Source: Sphagnum compactum (lineage: Eukaryota). From it: a stretch of DNA of 64,000 nt. Location: positions 32,726,213 through 32,790,212 of the forward strand of contig OZ234493.1 in the NCBI GenBank assembly GCA_965153455.1, read 5' to 3'. Of the stretch, positions 23,985-38,611 are shown piece by piece (positions within the stretch are counted from its first letter, which is position 1; the number at the start of each line of letters is the position of its first letter). The position numbers were made by a program, and so were the translations under genes. Under the pieces are notes generated by a model. That model was not told where the DNA came from, ran no database searches, and saw only the letters and a list, made by a program, of their open reading frames with translations.

Positions 23985-24690
23985 TCAAAACCCATCAAAT
24001 TAGGTATCTACCTAGTAGGTATGTATCAAAGCCCCACCCATCAAATTATCTACCTAATAGGTATGTAATCAAAGCCCATCCATCAAATTAGGTATCTACC
24101 TAATAGGTATGTATCAAAGCTCACCCATCAAAAATTATCTACCTATCAAATTAGGTGTCTACCTAATGGGTATGTATCAAAGCTCACCCATCAAATTATC
24201 TACCTATCAAATTAGGTATCTACCTAATAGGTATGTATCAAAGCTCACCCATCAAAAATTATCTACCTAATAGGTATGTAATCAAAGCCCACCCATCAAA
24301 TTAGGTATCTACCTAATAGGTATGTATCAAAGCTCACCCATCAAATTATCTACCTAATAGGTATGTAATCAAAGCCCACCCTTCAAATTAGGTTATCTAC
24401 TTAATAGGTATGTATCAAAGCCCACCCATCAAATTATCTACCTAATAGGTATGTAATCGAAGCCCACCCATCAAATTATCTACCCTAATAGGTATGTATC
24501 AAAGCCCAACCATGAAATTATCTACCTAATAGTAGGGTATGTATCAAAGCCCACTCATCAAATTAATTATCTACCTAATATATATCCAAAGCTCACCTGT
24601 CAAAATTATCTATCAAAGTCTACCCATCAAATTATCTACTAGAGTATCAAAGCCCATCAAATTATCTAATACGTATCAAGACTCATTAAA
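23985..24690. repeat. Minisatellite, ~40-bp unit ATCAAAGCCCACCCATCAAATTA(GGTA)TCTACCTAATAGGTATGT, roughly 17 copies
   Basis: Directly visible head-to-tail copies with small indels, decaying at both ends. Begins ~180 bp upstream of the FORKED-like ATG. Confidence 0.92.
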
Positions 24691-25955
24691 TTATGTTTTG
24701 ACAAATATTTTTTTTTGAACTTTTGAAATTTTTATTAAAACCGTATCGATGGTTAGTTAGTTAACAAGATAAATTATAAAATTTTGAGAATAAAAAGTTA
24801 CATGTTTTAATGATTGTGCCAAAATGGGGTTCTCATGTTTTCAAACTAACAAGCTTATTTTAAACTAAGTTTTTCGAACTTCCCTAGGTCACCTCTTGCC
24901 AAGTTTGTTTAAATCTCTTGTCCATGACAACCAACCCTCCTACTTCACAAATTGGAAAAATAAACATTAATTATTTTCTTATTTCACAAAAGTCAAAAGT
25001 ATAAAAATGAAGCAAATATTTTCAAGAAAATGATATCATTAACAAAAATTTCAATTTCCCATTAGTAAAAAATATTAGATCTCTAAATTTTGATAAAGTT
25101 TATAATTGTTGCTAACATATAGTATCAAGACTATTATTATTACTTCCAATTATATTCATGCATGCAACTTAGAAATTCAAAATAACATGTATTATTATCA
25201 AGACAAATCCAATTATAAGGTGGATATATTAGTATGTGGTCATAAGTTTGCACAAAGTTGCAAACAAAAATATTATAAAAAAACACATAATAGAAAGATT
25301 TCTTGAAGTATGATTATATATATTGTGAAGTTTCAATTTTCAAATGTTGCGATGGTGAAAATTTTGTTAGCAAAATTATTGGCCAATCCCAATATTTAGA
25401 ATTTTCTTTTTAATATAAAATTAAACATTTTGATGATCAAAACCAATTCAACTTCACAACATGATGGCTTTGGACGTTGAAGCTTTGAACCAAATGGGGC
25501 CACACTAATGCTTTTTTATATGGTTGATAATAAGGAGATTAAAAAATGATATTGAATTGTTTAGAAAGGTTAATCAAACTTCATTTCCATACTTTTAACT
25601 AGGTTTTTGTTATCCACCTCCCATGTCATTTGTAGATACAAAGATATTTTAGGTTTTAGAAATGAAATTTGCAAAACCATGCAAATTAATTTTATTTTAT
25701 TTTCCTAAAGTACAAAAGGAAAATAAAATTGCACTACAAATTAACATGAATCAAAGTTGAAGTAGATAGCATACAAAATAAGGTTTGGTGTTGAGTCTTT
25801 TGCAACTTGGGATGGGGGGGAGGGGGTATATTCTCAAGGAAAAATATATTTTTTATTTACTTCATAAATTATAACTTGTGTATTAATTATTTTGTTGTAA
25901 TGGTTACTAAAGGATTGGTGCCAAGGAAATGAAATACGGGGAGATGATACATGTA

Positions 25956-26745
25956 CTTTAATGTGAAAGCACTCTACAATGGACCCCTTTGGGGTGCACA
26001 TTGTACTAGTTTCTAAGGATGTGCATGTTTGAGTGTATCCAACTTCACAATGTTTTTGCAAATTATGTTAGAATATAATTGAAGCAAGATATTAGGAAAA
26101 ATTTTATTTCATTTCGTTTTATAAAGTGGAAGATTGAAATATATTTGTGGAAACGAATATAGTGCATTTATGGACCCAAAAACACAAATATACTCCAAAA
26201 ATAATTTAAATGATTTATAATCTTCATGAAAGTTGGTGAAGGTATATTGAACTATGTCATTTCACACAGTTTGAACCATGTTTGGATACTATATGATTAA
26301 TTTCAAATTTTTTCCTCCCAGAAAAAAAATTCAGTAAAGATGCGATAAATGTATGATAAATTAAAATTTTGACAAGTAATCATATTCACAAGCATAGTTG
26401 GATGGGAAATATTTTTAATTCCATTAAAATTAATTAATTTAATGAATAATGAAGCCTTCAATTAATGCAATCAAAACAAGATAGTGGCCCCATTCTACTA
26501 ATGTATATTATGAATATATACCCATGGATCCTTCAATGTAAATAATGAAACTTATTATTATTTTTAAAATAATATTACACAACATTAGTATTGTAAAAAT
26601 AATCATTATAAGGCCCAAAAACCAAAATTGACACCCAAAATTAAATATACCATACTTTTGGAATAATTATATTGTATGTATTATAATACTAAATCCAAAA
26701 GTGCTCCAAAGGGGTTCATTGTAATGTGCTTTCACCTCTTAAATG
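25956..26745. mobile_element. Tc1/mariner-type (TA-flanked) MITE, ~790 bp, decayed
   Basis: Inverted termini GTGAAAGCACTCTACAATGGACCCCTTTGG (25963-25992) vs CCAAAGGGGTTCATTGTAATGTGCTTTCAC (26706-26735). TA at both outer flanks. AT-rich interior with no ORF. Confidence 0.6.
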
Positions 26746-27269
26746 TAATGTACGCAAGTTTTTGATATGTCAAATATGTTTTTATGCATTTTCATCAGTA
26801 ACCATTTACAATTACATTAATCCATATGTAATTATTTATTTGATTTAAAGTATTCCATATATTTATATAAATATTAATTTCTAAGAAATGAAGTTGCATA
26901 TGATGTCCTTATATTTTAAAACAATTGGAATCACCTACTAAGTATGATGAAAAAACTTTTAAAATGCATTTTGGTAACTTGTTTATAAATTCTTACAACA
27001 TGTAATTTTTTTGAGATCTAAATAAAATGATTTCACCGATGTGCATTTTCATGGCATGACAAAATATATCCATCATTTATCATCATTGTACCACGATATG
27101 ACATGATATAAAATCAAATTGCAAGTTTTCCCAACTTCATTTTAATCAATTTGTTTATAGAAATTCCCATTTTTTAATTTCATATTTATTATGATATTTA
27201 TCCTTAAATAGTCTAATTCGTTATGGTCATTAAGTAACATAGGTGGGTAGGAAATATCAAAACTAGTTG

Positions 27270-30168
27270 TATTACTAAAAAACATGTGATTAAACCATTG
27301 TGCAAACCACTCATTTTGCAATCGTACCACTATAGTGCGTTTCCACTAAGCTTAGTGGTTTAGAATAATGGTTGGTCGACAATGGGATAAAAAAACCACT
27401 GAATAAGCAATTGGGTGGTTTGGTTCAACTTTTGTGTGTGTGTTTTTTTAGGGTGCTTAGGCAGCAGGTGTATATTTGTGCGATTGTCATTAAGGTGATT
27501 GGTCAAACCTTGATTGATTAGTCAAACATAATTTTGATTAGTCAAATGTCATGGCATTTAGACATTGACCACCCAAGTTATGTCGCATGACATTTAAACA
27601 TTGGCCACCTAAGTTATGCCATGTGGCAATTAGACATTGGCCACTTAAGCTTGGCCACATGGCATTTAAACATTGGCTACCTAGGTTAGGTGACATGACA
27701 TTTAAACATTAACCACTTAGGTTATTCCACATGGCTAGAACCTAAATGACCTAGGTTAAACCTAAATAGGCCTAAAATTAGGTACTTAGGTTTAAGAACC
27801 TCAAATTTAAGCCTGGGACTAAGAACCTAAAACCTAAAGCCTAAGCAACTAGGCTTAGGTTTAGACACCTAAAGTAGGCTTAGGCAACCTAGGCCTACCC
27901 TAAAACCTACATTATGTCCTTTCCTAGGTTGCACCTAAAGTAGGCTTAAATATAGGCCGCCTTGGTGGGTGGGAGTAGGTAGGTAGGTAAGTATAATCCT
28001 ATTTATTATTTGCTAACACACCTTTTTTATTAGTTCATCACAAGTAATATTTGCACTTTGAGTATATTTAATGCATGTATTGTGTGCAAACTAATATTTT
28101 TTCATATAGTTATATATTTACAAAGTTCAATTTGTTAACAAATGATATGGGATAAATTTACAACATATTCTCACATTGTCATTTGTCCCATACAAGAGTA
28201 CCCAACTTTAAAAACCAAAATATCAAGTAATTTGACCAAAAATGCATTTGAATTTTCACTATTTCATACATTTGAATAACAATGATATCTTGAAGATTTT
28301 TTTTTTATAAATTCATAAAACAATTTGTAAATAAACATATTTTAAATCAACATGGTTACACACACACACACATATGCATATATTTTTTTAATTTCATAAA
28401 TTTAACAAATTTTATTTTCAGTGATAAATTTTAATCTTATTTTCAATGTTTTTTTTAGTTCATTAAATGTGATTTAATGGAAATTATTAAAAAATTGCAA
28501 GTTGTATGACCAAATACTTTGGTAAATGAATAAAAATCAAAATTTATATTCTTTGCTACCCATCACATGGAAACATTAAAAACAATGCCATTTTGGGGCA
28601 TGTGGATTTCTTTTGAAAATTTTTGGATATCATTCATAAAAATATATTTCATTATTTAATGTCAAAAAAAATTTTAATACATTCATGAAAATAAACCTTC
28701 GAGCAAGAATCTCAACTTGAATGTTTTAATCATATTCTAGGCATCAATATTTTATGGTTTCAAAATCTTTGGCAATTTGTTTGCCATCTTTTGGGAATTT
28801 TTTCAAAAACAAAAATTTCGCCACCAAATTTTTTTTAGCCACTATCTAGAAATTCACATGAAATAATTAATGATTCTAAGGCAAAAATTTTAGAAATTAT
28901 AAGGTGTTAGTTATTTATTTGTGCACTAATTATTTGTGTAATCATTTACAAGCTTATAATATGCTTACTAGGTATATACGTATGTTTACCTTCTAATTCA
29001 TTTCCTTTTTAATTTACAAGTTTTTAATGTTGCATATTGTATATTATTAAATAATTATATGGTGTTCATGAAGAAGATTTTTTAATCACATAATCATATC
29101 CATGAAGATTTTTAGTCATGTAGTCATATTCAAAGTTACATGAATACAATGAGAGACAAAAACATGGCATGTATGAATGTATGATTAGAAAATGGTCACT
29201 AGTCATATTTATCCTAATCATAAATGTCCAGTTTTGGCGTAGTGGTATATGTAGGGTATAGGCAAAGTAGGGTAAGGTATTTTGGTAATGTAACTTATAT
29301 GTAAGGTTAGGTATATATAAAGTAGGTATGTAAAGGCTACATACATATAAATTAAGTACATATAGCCTAAGTATGTATAGACCAAGTACATATAAACTAG
29401 GTTATACCTAGCTTAGCTACGTGTAATTAAGTAGGCCTAGCCCACCTTAACATAAATATAGATCATTATATACCTAAATAGGTACATAAGAAATATACTA
29501 GTACCTAGTTTTGGTACATAGGCTATGATATACTTAGCCTATGTATAAATTACAATATATTTAACCTAAGTATATTAGGCTACAATAGACATACTTTAAA
29601 TACATATCCTATTCTACCTAACCTAAGTAAAGATTGATTACCTTAACCGAGGTATAACTTAATTATTTTTAATTAGGTCATTCCTAGGTTAGGTTTATAA
29701 AGCATAACATAAGTATATTTAGTTTAGCCTAGGTATACTTCTACCTATACGTACCTAATATTCATTTTTATGTTACCCAATGGCTACATCAAACTTAAGT
29801 ACAAACATGTGGCATTTAGACATTGGCCATCCAAATTAAGCTATGTGGCATTTAATTTATATGGTGGCTACCTACCTACCTACTTACCTTGTAAGGTGAT
29901 TAACCTTGGGCACAATGCTTAAAATGACCATTAGAAAAAACCACCCAAGTGGTTTGAAAAGTGAAACAAAAAAATTTCAACCATGCCCAAAGGCATTTTG
30001 AACAGAAAATTCTTAAACCACCATTGCCCCCCATTGCATGACCACTCTGGTGAGTTTCTAGTGGGATTTGCCCACTTAACAAAATCATGAGTGGTTTGTG
30101 TAATGTGAAAACAAAAGTCAAATTAAATGGTTCAATGTAATGGTTTGTCCACACATCTTCTAGTAATG
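27270..30168. mobile_element. Possible non-autonomous CACTA-like element with internal tandem repeats
   Basis: Left end TATTACTAAAAAACATGTGATTAAACCATT vs reverse complement of right end CATTACTAGAAGATGTGTGGACAAACCATT, resembling CACTACTAGAA. Flanks TTG/TAG. Subterminal AAACCA(C/T) repeats. About five ~37-bp units TGGCATTTAGACATTGGCCACC at 27550-27740, with another copy at ~29810. Confidence 0.45.
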
Positions 30169-31396
30169 TAGTGATGTTGATGACACCAATTAAGATATTT
30201 TCAATATTTGATGCATAAGCAAATTCAAATGGGAAGACTTATTATATGGGAAAATTTTGTTTTCATATCAGAAATTATAAATTTTTAATCTTTTTTATTT
30301 GATTTCATGTTTCAATCATATAAAACAAGGTGTGGACATTAAATCACACACCTACACTTATTCCAAAGCAAGCTAGTTGTTTAAGGCAATGGTACGGTTT
30401 TGGATCACTTAAATGTATATATGCCATGTTCATAACTTGAAGTTATGTTTGTTCTATCATCCCAAGTTTCAATTGATAATCCCACTACGGATTTCTAAGC
30501 AAACCAATAATAATAAATGATGTGTTTCACCTAATCATTTGAATGTGCACCATCATGCTTGAACATTGGATATCAACTCAAAATCAATTCATGGCCTCAC
30601 AATAGATACTAACTTAGAACAACAATAATAATGTGTGTATATATGATGGTGATAGTGTATCGACATTTCTACCGTTAGCACCATTATTTTAGGCGTAGCT
30701 TGAGGAAAAAACAATCCTTGTTTTCAAAGTATATGCAACCACTTCTCAGCTTCACTCCTTATTTTTATTAAACGTTGCAAATGCTCATCAATTTGTCTTC
30801 CTAGGTTGTATACTAGAGAAGAGGATGGAGAATAGACTTTAAAAATTTACTAATTTGCAATTCCCGATTGTGGAACTTGTGCTTCTTTTCTCATGTTGTC
30901 TTTTGTAGCATTTTTTAATTTTTTTTGTCTCTTCTTCTTTTGTTCATGCACAATGTTTTTTCTAGTTTCTTCCTCTTTTTTCTCAATTATCTTCAACTTT
31001 TCATGAAAACTTTCGTCACTTATGCTACTTAGTTCAAAGAAATGAAAACCGATGTAAATATGTGATAATGATTGTTCACAAACATGGTCATTAGAAATTG
31101 GTGCTCCTAACTCCCGCCTCTTCTAATCTATCACTTCAACTTTTATGATTTCCATGTTTGAAATGATGCACTCCTACTACCATTTGACATTGGATGAAAA
31201 CACAATTCATCCAATTCCTTTACAACAAAAAAAAAAAGTCTAGAACAAGATTTTTGTTTTGTTGTTCGATCAACTGAATATATGTATTGTATGTACTACT
31301 TCATCATGATTGTCCTTTTCTTTGTCATTAATTGCACAATCACTTGTCCTTCCCAATATAGAAGTGTAAGAGCTTCTGCACTTTATGTTTCATCAT

Positions 31397-31600
31397 CCAA
31401 AAATTGGTAAGGTTTTCACTTGTTCACATTAATAAGTACAACATTCAAATCAAACTTGTTCACTATGATTAAAATAATAGTATTATTTGGTAAATAGAAA
31501 TGTACTCTATACGGGCCAAACCATTTCCTTGTGAATTTTCCAAGATGTGTTTTCTATCCTTTTGGGAACCATAACACATGATCCCCAAATTTAAACTAAT
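31397..31600 (-). pseudogene. Ty3/gypsy integrase C-terminal (GPY/F motif) remnant
   Basis: Minus-strand translation reads FKFGDHVLWFPKG*KTHLGKFTRKWFGPYRVHFYLPNNT...INVNK*KPY, the FxxGDxV...KWxGPY...NVxxLKPY signature, with two in-frame stops. Confidence 0.75.
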
Positions 31601-32506
31601 TTTTTGGATATTGCTACTAACTCCAAAATGCACGATTCCACCATTGATCAGTAGTGGTTTGTTGTGCTTGTAATTTGTTAGTATGCAATTTTTCCAAATC
31701 TATTAGTCTACTAATGAATATCCTAACAAACTGCGTGCTTACAAAAAATTAGTGTTAACAGTTTTGTATGTTCCAAGTTGTTGTGCTTTTGACGAGGAGT
31801 TGGAAATTTTTCATCACTACCATTACAACCTATTTTGTTGTTGCCATGACCCCTTCCTTGACCATTTGTTAGTCCGCTTCCTATTGGTGAAAATCCTTTT
31901 TGTAAAGATCCAAGTCCTATTTGCATTTGTGCACCATGCAAATTTGTTCTTGATGCTTGTGAATTTGTTGTGGGTACTTGTGAATTTGTTGTTGATGCTT
32001 GCAAGTGCACTTTTGCTTGTGGTGAAACACCTGTTTATGAATTACAACTAGAGATTGCTTACAGATTTGTTATCAATGTTTGCAAATTTGTTGTTGTTGC
32101 CTATGAGTGCACTTTTGCTTGTGATCAAATGTTTGTTCACGAACTACCACCAAAGATTGATGCCATCACAACAACACCAAAACTTCATGGCAAAACTTCT
32201 TCCCAACAATATTTTTTCATAATACAACACTTTGTCACAACAAACGCTTCTTCACAATTGCATGATAAAGTTGTAATGATGCTACTTTAACATCCTTGTT
32301 TCAGGATTGTTAGTTTACCAATGTTGTTAGCATTTTGATCAAACAAGATTCTAAGAATTTAAAAGGATTGTTAGTTTACCAATGTTGTTAGCATTCTGAT
32401 CAAACAAGATTTTAAGAATTTTTTAAAAAAATTCCTTTCGCGCTTGTGTCCTAAATTAAACGATCATTTGTTGATAAACATGTTAATATGTCATGTAGGC
32501 AATACA

Positions 32507-33596
32507 TGTCGCAACCCTAGCCTTTGGCTTGCGACCAAGGCAAGGGGGTTGTGAGGTTGCGGGCCTAGTAGTAGACCCGGGAGGCACATCACATGCTCCC
32601 GGGAGTGCAAGGAGTGCAAAGAGTCTAGAGAGTGTGAGGGAATGAACCCTCACACTCCCAAGTGAACTCCCACGTTGGGAGTTGGTGAGAGTTGGAGTCC
32701 CGGAGGGACTCCCGAAACTTCAGAGAGCGTTTTGAGGGGTCAAAACTCCATGGCTTGTTTTGCTCTTTATATCAATGGAAAGCTCTTGAAGCGTAGATAT
32801 CCAAAATGGGCTCGCATTGCTCATTTGGACATCTGAAACACAAGTTATGGCCAAAAGAAGGATCGGGAGTCGAATTCCCGGGAGTCGTCCAGTTTTGACT
32901 CCCGACCACTAAAAGTCGGGAATCGACCCGAAATACTAGGCTGCAGAGGACGTGCCACATATCGTTGGAAAGCTCTCGACGAGAGCTACAACTTTGCTTC
33001 AGACCGCATCGCGATCCGAGGTCTGCTCGCAAAGTTATGGGGCTCCAAAGTCGCGGGAGTCCCATTTGGCGCGATTTCGGGACTCCCATTCGGGAGTCCC
33101 GGGAAAAATAGCCATTTGGATGTAGCCTCCGTGGAGAGTCACAGAGTATACTATAAGGGGGGAAGTGGTTGGCTTCCCCAAGGGGGAAGGTGCTGGCTTC
33201 CCCACCAAAGGGAGTGAGGTGGTGGCTTACTCCCGAGCCCGGAGTGTGTGTGTGTTCAAAGTGAGTCCGAGTTCACCCGTGGCTTGTCCCAACACCAAAA
33301 AGGATTCAACATGAGTCCCAAGGGGGAAGGTGATGGCTTCCCCAAGGTCCGGGCCGTGGCTCTTCCTAGCACCAAAGGTGCTCCAACTTTGGACTAACCA
33401 CTTGGAGTGGTTAATGGAGGGTCCGTGTGAGTGAGTCAAGCTTGTCAACTCTTCCTAGTCCCATCCCGGAGCTCCAACACACCCTTCTACCCCTCAAGTG
33501 TTGTGAGCTAGGGAGCGGCTCCAAGTTCCAACCGCTTCCGCATTGCCGCATACTTGGACCCTCGAGTGGGTCCACAAGGAACTTGGGGGCGCGTCA
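32507..33596. mobile_element. Solo LTR (1090 bp)
   Basis: TG...CA termini (TGTCGCAACC...GGCGCGTCA) and perfect 5-bp TSD ATACA (32502-32506, 33597-33601). GC-rich with many GGGAGTCC/GGACTCCC motifs. Homologous in inverted orientation to 56348-57155. Confidence 0.92.
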
Positions 33597-34210
33597 ATAC
33601 ATGTCAACTATCTAGCGACAGACATTGAGATGTATGAACACTATTATTTTCACGACAAATTAACATTGTTATTATATATGTTGGTGTTAATGAACCTTAA
33701 GATAGTTAGGCTTTGTAGACGAAGGTTCAAATGACATAAATAAACATCATTTATAAGGTTAATTTTTTTTTAATTCAAAAATTATGTAATTCTGTTGACA
33801 CCTAGCCCAAAGGATAATTCAACCCTAACAATGAGAAGGTTTGGAGTGGTTTTTTTCTTGTTATACCCGATGGGTATCATGTGTAACAAAAGGTATCATG
33901 ACAAAGCCCAAAAAAATGTGACGGGTATGATGGGGAACACTGGGTATCACCCCCAAAAAAACCAGAAAAATAAAATGTGAGGCGTTTCAAAAAAGACAGA
34001 ACTGCCCAAAGACAGCAGAGAAAAATATACATATTTTTTGCAATAAATATTTTTCTGATATTTTACACGAAATAATAATAATAATCAGAGCAAGTCTTTA
34101 CAAGATTTCACATTGGTCAGGCCAATTTATTTTTGGGGCCAACCCACTTCTTTGGGAAATATTGAATACCGAACCTGAGTGACAGGTCTGGTACCCGGCG
34201 GGTTTGGATT

Positions 34211-34294
34211 TGGGCCAGTTAGGGCGGGCTCTTCAGTGAACCCCTAAACTAGGGTTCAATCTGCCTCCAACGGTGAGGCAATGAATTAGGGTTT
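34211..34294 (+). promoter_or_regulatory. Site II (TGGGCC) plus telo-box (TAGGGTTT) module upstream of eIF2-gamma
   Basis: TGGGCC at 34211-34216 and TAGGGTTT at 34287-34294, just before a pyrimidine-rich 5' region. This pairing is typical of plant translation-machinery promoters. Confidence 0.5.
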
Positions 34295-34624
34295 GGAGGA
34301 AACACGCACCTCGTCTCCCTTCTGCCGCAGCTCTCTGGCTTTCTTCCGTTGCCGCTTCTTCCACTTCGCAACCTCTAACATTCCTGCGCCACTTTTTTTC
34401 TCCAGTCTCTAAATCCTCTTGCTTGGTTTTTGACGCACTGAATTGAGTTGTTTTGCACTTGAATTATTTTTTGATTGAGATTTCCGCCGACCCGGCACCA
34501 CCAGTGCAACAGTTTGGGGTTTTTGTTATTTTGTTTGAGGACTTGGGGGTGAGCGAGGGGAGGGGGGGGGGGGGGGAGAGGAGAGGAGATCGAGGAGGTC
34601 TTGTGATCTCGGAAGCTTGGAAAC

Positions 34625-37600
34625 ATGGCGAAGCGTGGACTGATGGAGCAGGATCTCAGTAAGCTAGATGTGACTATTTTGCATCCCTTATCGCCCGAGG
34701 TGATTTCTCGGCAAGCCACAATCAATATCGGTAACTCTTTCCCGGTTTTCTCTTCCCTGTTTTTCTCTATTTTCGTCTTCTTTGCTCCACGAGTTTTTCC
34801 CCTCTCTTTCTTTTCTGAATTTACCCTTATCCCTTAGATGGATAGGCTTTTCCTTGTGATTGAGATTTTCAGAGCCTTTCTGCTTCTTTTGACCCAGTCA
34901 GCTGCACACTTCAGAACGTTTCTTCTGAGTTTGAAAAGCTGGAAATAAGGGAGAGGAGAGATGGCTTGGTCTTGACAAATGTGATGCCATGGTCTTGACA
35001 AATATCAGGCACAATTGGTCATGTGGCACATGGGAAATCAACTGTGGTGAAGGCAATATCTGGTGTGCAGGTATGTCTTTCATTGTTCTTTTCCATTGTG
35101 TTATTCTGATGCAGGTTTTTTGTTATTGAAAGGAAATCCGAACATTCAGGTGTCTGTCAACTTGTGCAGTTGTTCTTTGTCTCATATCTAGGTTTTTTGT
35201 TAAGGTCTGTGTATATTGTCTGTTTTGCTTGGAACACAGCTGCAACATGCAGCTTTCAGGAATGTCCCTTGTGGCTTTTTCTTGCTTCCTAGCAGTTTCC
35301 TCATACATTCAACACTGTCTCTGATGCCTTTTGATTATGGTTAGGGCTGGTTCTTCCTTGCAAGGTGGAAATGTGGGCAGCATGTTTAGCAGTTCTGGCA
35401 AAATAAGTTTTATGATTTTCATGACCTTTGTTCTCACACTTCCTTTAGTCTATTGGCCAAATTGGGTATTCTGCTTCATATACCGTGCCAGCAGTTAGCA
35501 GATTTAAACCTGCAACTACTAGCAGGAGGGTTATGACACCCAACTCAATATGGCATTGATCTCTGAGCTGGGAACAAGCTGGTTGCAGTTTGGATGAGGA
35601 TAATGTTGACTTTTTTATTAGCTATGTCTTTTTAGTCCTGGCCTACAACATGATGGAGTCTTCCCATTGCTTTTAGAAATGTGACAGAGACTCAGCACAC
35701 AGATTCTGTACAATGGTTTTCCCAAAGTCTGGGCCAATTGTTATAAACTTATTGATGTCCACTGTTGGGAGCTGATAAGGTCAGTGGGTAGTCATGGCAG
35801 CTTGTCAATGGTATTTGTGATGAAGGTGATGGTCTGACACTTTGTGAGTGACTCTCACAAGGTTGTGACTGCATTATTCTCATGTTACATTTAAAGTGTT
35901 GTGGAGATTTCTCTGCAATGTCATATGAGCTCTGAGCTGGGGTGCACTATAGAATTCATGTTTGTTTCATGTGTGTTGATTTTTGCCCACAAGATTTTAA
36001 TGCTGGTTGCCATTATGTGACTCAGAGTCTGGTGTACTTGAAGAATGCACCATTGTTATGATGATTGGGAGTCTGTACATTGTTCTCTCAGTTTCGTTAG
36101 CTTGTCCTCTTTAGTTGGAGTTTTTGGCAGAAATGAGATGCATATTTTTATATGGTGGTATGCAGACTGTGCGGTTCAAGAATGAGCTGGAGCGCAATAT
36201 TACAATCAAGCTGGGTTATGCCAATGCTAAAATCTATAAATGCGAGGATGAACGCTGCCCTCGACCCATGGCTTACAAGTAGGGCCATGCACATAATACC
36301 TTGGGTAGACTTGTGTACCAAGTACATGTAACTGTAACCAAGACAAGAGTTGTATTTGTCTTATCTTCCCTGTCACTGCATCCAAGGGGATGCAATCCAA
36401 GAATTCCTTCCCTACTAGTTCTCTTACCTTTCCTGAAGTGCAGTGTTATTTGGCTTTTATACTAGACTATTGAAAAGCTGGGGATCTCGTGTGTGAAGAT
36501 ATGAGAAAGAAGGAAAAGTTATTTGGTTGGCCTTCATCTGAGAGCTCTTCTAATGGCTTGTTTCTTTTCTAGGTGACATCTTTTTATGGAGGCTGAGGCA
36601 GGAGTGCAATTGTGGTTGCAGGGCTTATGGGAGTGGAAAGGAGGATAGTCCACTCTGTGATGTTCCTGATTTTGAATCTGCACGCATGAAGTTGTTGCGC
36701 CATGTGTCATTTGTTGATTGCCCTGTAAGTGACCCCAGAGTTGCTCACTTTCTCTTCATTGCTCATGTTCCACTCAACAAATATGTATTTTTCACATTCT
36801 TGCTGCAGTTATGCTGTGCTGCAAGCAGAAACAAGAGATATTTCAGTACTGTCATGTTCAGAACTCTCAATTATCCTCAACATAGAAGATGATGTGTTCT
36901 GGGATTTGACGTGTTCTAATCATTGTGGGTATTTGTCTGAAGGGTCATGATATTCTCATGGCCACCATGCTTAATGGAGCAGCTATCATGGATGGAGCAT
37001 TGCTGCTGATCGCAAGCAATGAGAGCTGCCCCCAACCTCAAACATCTGAACATCTTGCAGCTGTTGAGATCATGCGGCTAAAGCACATCATCATTCTGCA
37101 AAACAAGATTGATCTCATTCAAGAAAGTGTGGCCATCAATCAGCATGAGTCCATTCAAAAGTTTATTCAGGTGCAGGGAAGTCTACTCCTGTGTTTACAA
37201 CAGGATTGCTGTTAGAGATACGTGTCTATTTTAATATGTGCAAGAGTCTTTTGGGTGTGGTAGGGAGAGGAGCATGATGCAAGACAGCAGTGATCAGGGT
37301 GTTACATGTATCTTACACCTTCATCTGCTTTTGGTCATGGCAGTCGACGATTGCAGATGGAGCTCCTGTGGTTCCAATTTCAGCACAGCTCAAATACAAC
37401 ATTGATGTGGTGTGTGAGTACATTGTGAATAAGATCCCAATCCCAGTGCGTGACTTTGTTTCACCCCCAAAAATGATTGTTATTCGCTCATTTGATGTTA
37501 ACAAGCCTGGTGCTGAAGTGGAAGAGATCAAGGGAGGAGTTGCTGGTGGCAGTATTTTGAGGGTATGTCATCTTCCTGAAACTTGTTCTGTTATTGCCGT

Positions 37601-38611
37601 AACTAATGAAGTCAGGGGTTCTCATGACAGCTAGTCACTGTTATTCATGGTGAAGGTGTCTGGTGCTTTGTGAGTGACACTTCTAAGGTTATCATAACAC
37701 ATTGTTGTTGGGTTAGTTTTGTTCTCTCTGGAACTGACATGAGGTTCATTCAGAGTCTTTTTGTGGACTTTTCTCTGCAGTCTCCATTGTATGCTACTCC
37801 AGTACCTCACCACTACAAACTATCTGCCGTATTTTGTATCTGATATCCTCAACTTGAATTTGGATGTATCCAGGGAGTGTTGAGAGTTGGGCAGAAAATT
37901 GAAGTACGGCCTGGAATCACAACCAAGGATGAGAGTGGTGGGATCAAGTGCACACCTATATTTTCTCGGATTATATCTTTGTTTGCAGAGCAGAATGAAC
38001 TGCAGTTTGCTGTGCCTGGTGGCCTGATTGGAGTGGGAACCACAATAGACCCTACACTCACACGAGCTGATCGTTTGGTTGGTCAAGTTCTTGGGGAGGT
38101 TGGAGCACTCCCAGATGTATTTGTTGAGCTTGAGGTTTTCCCAAATCCCAAAAACAAATCCCTTTTTCTGTTTAACCAGGAGGTTGTATGGCCACATCAT
38201 ATGCTGAGGCGTGAATCTTAGATTACATCAATGTCTGGACTCTTAAGATTAGAGATGCCTACAAGTGCTTGAAACTGACATTATTGTGGAATATGTTTTG
38301 GAATTGTGCAGGTGAACTTCTTCTTGCTCCGCCGATTGCTAGGTGTCCGAACCAAAGGCACAGAGAAGCAAGGCAAGGTGTCAAAGCTAGCCAAGAGTGA
38401 GGTCCTGATGCTCAACATTGGGTCCATGTCAACAGGGGCTCGTGTGATTGCAGTCAAGAATGATCTTGCCAAACTGCAACTGACCACTCCAGTCTGTACA
38501 AGCAAGGGAGAGAAAGTGGCTCTCAGCCGAAGAGTTGAAAAGCATTGGCGACTAATAGGATGGGGTCAAATCCAAGCTGGGGCGGTAATTGAGATGCCAA
38601 AAGCAGTATAA
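34625..38611 (+). CDS. EIF2G: Eukaryotic translation initiation factor 2 subunit gamma
   Basis: Motifs [85 protein letters not shown]. Exons: 34625-34730, 35009-35070, 36166-36278, 36622-36724, 36943-37170, 37344-37562, 37874-38134, 38312-38611. Confidence 0.97.

Noticed and set aside
23985-24690. CRISPR-like appearance (regular ~40-bp units with palindromic core)
   Set aside because: No unique spacers, units are contiguous, no cas genes, eukaryotic context. It is a minisatellite.
32772-33615. ORFs inside the solo LTR (also 56533-57270)
   Set aside because: They lie within or overlap TSD-bounded LTRs, have no gag/pol motifs, and are expected by chance in GC-rich DNA.
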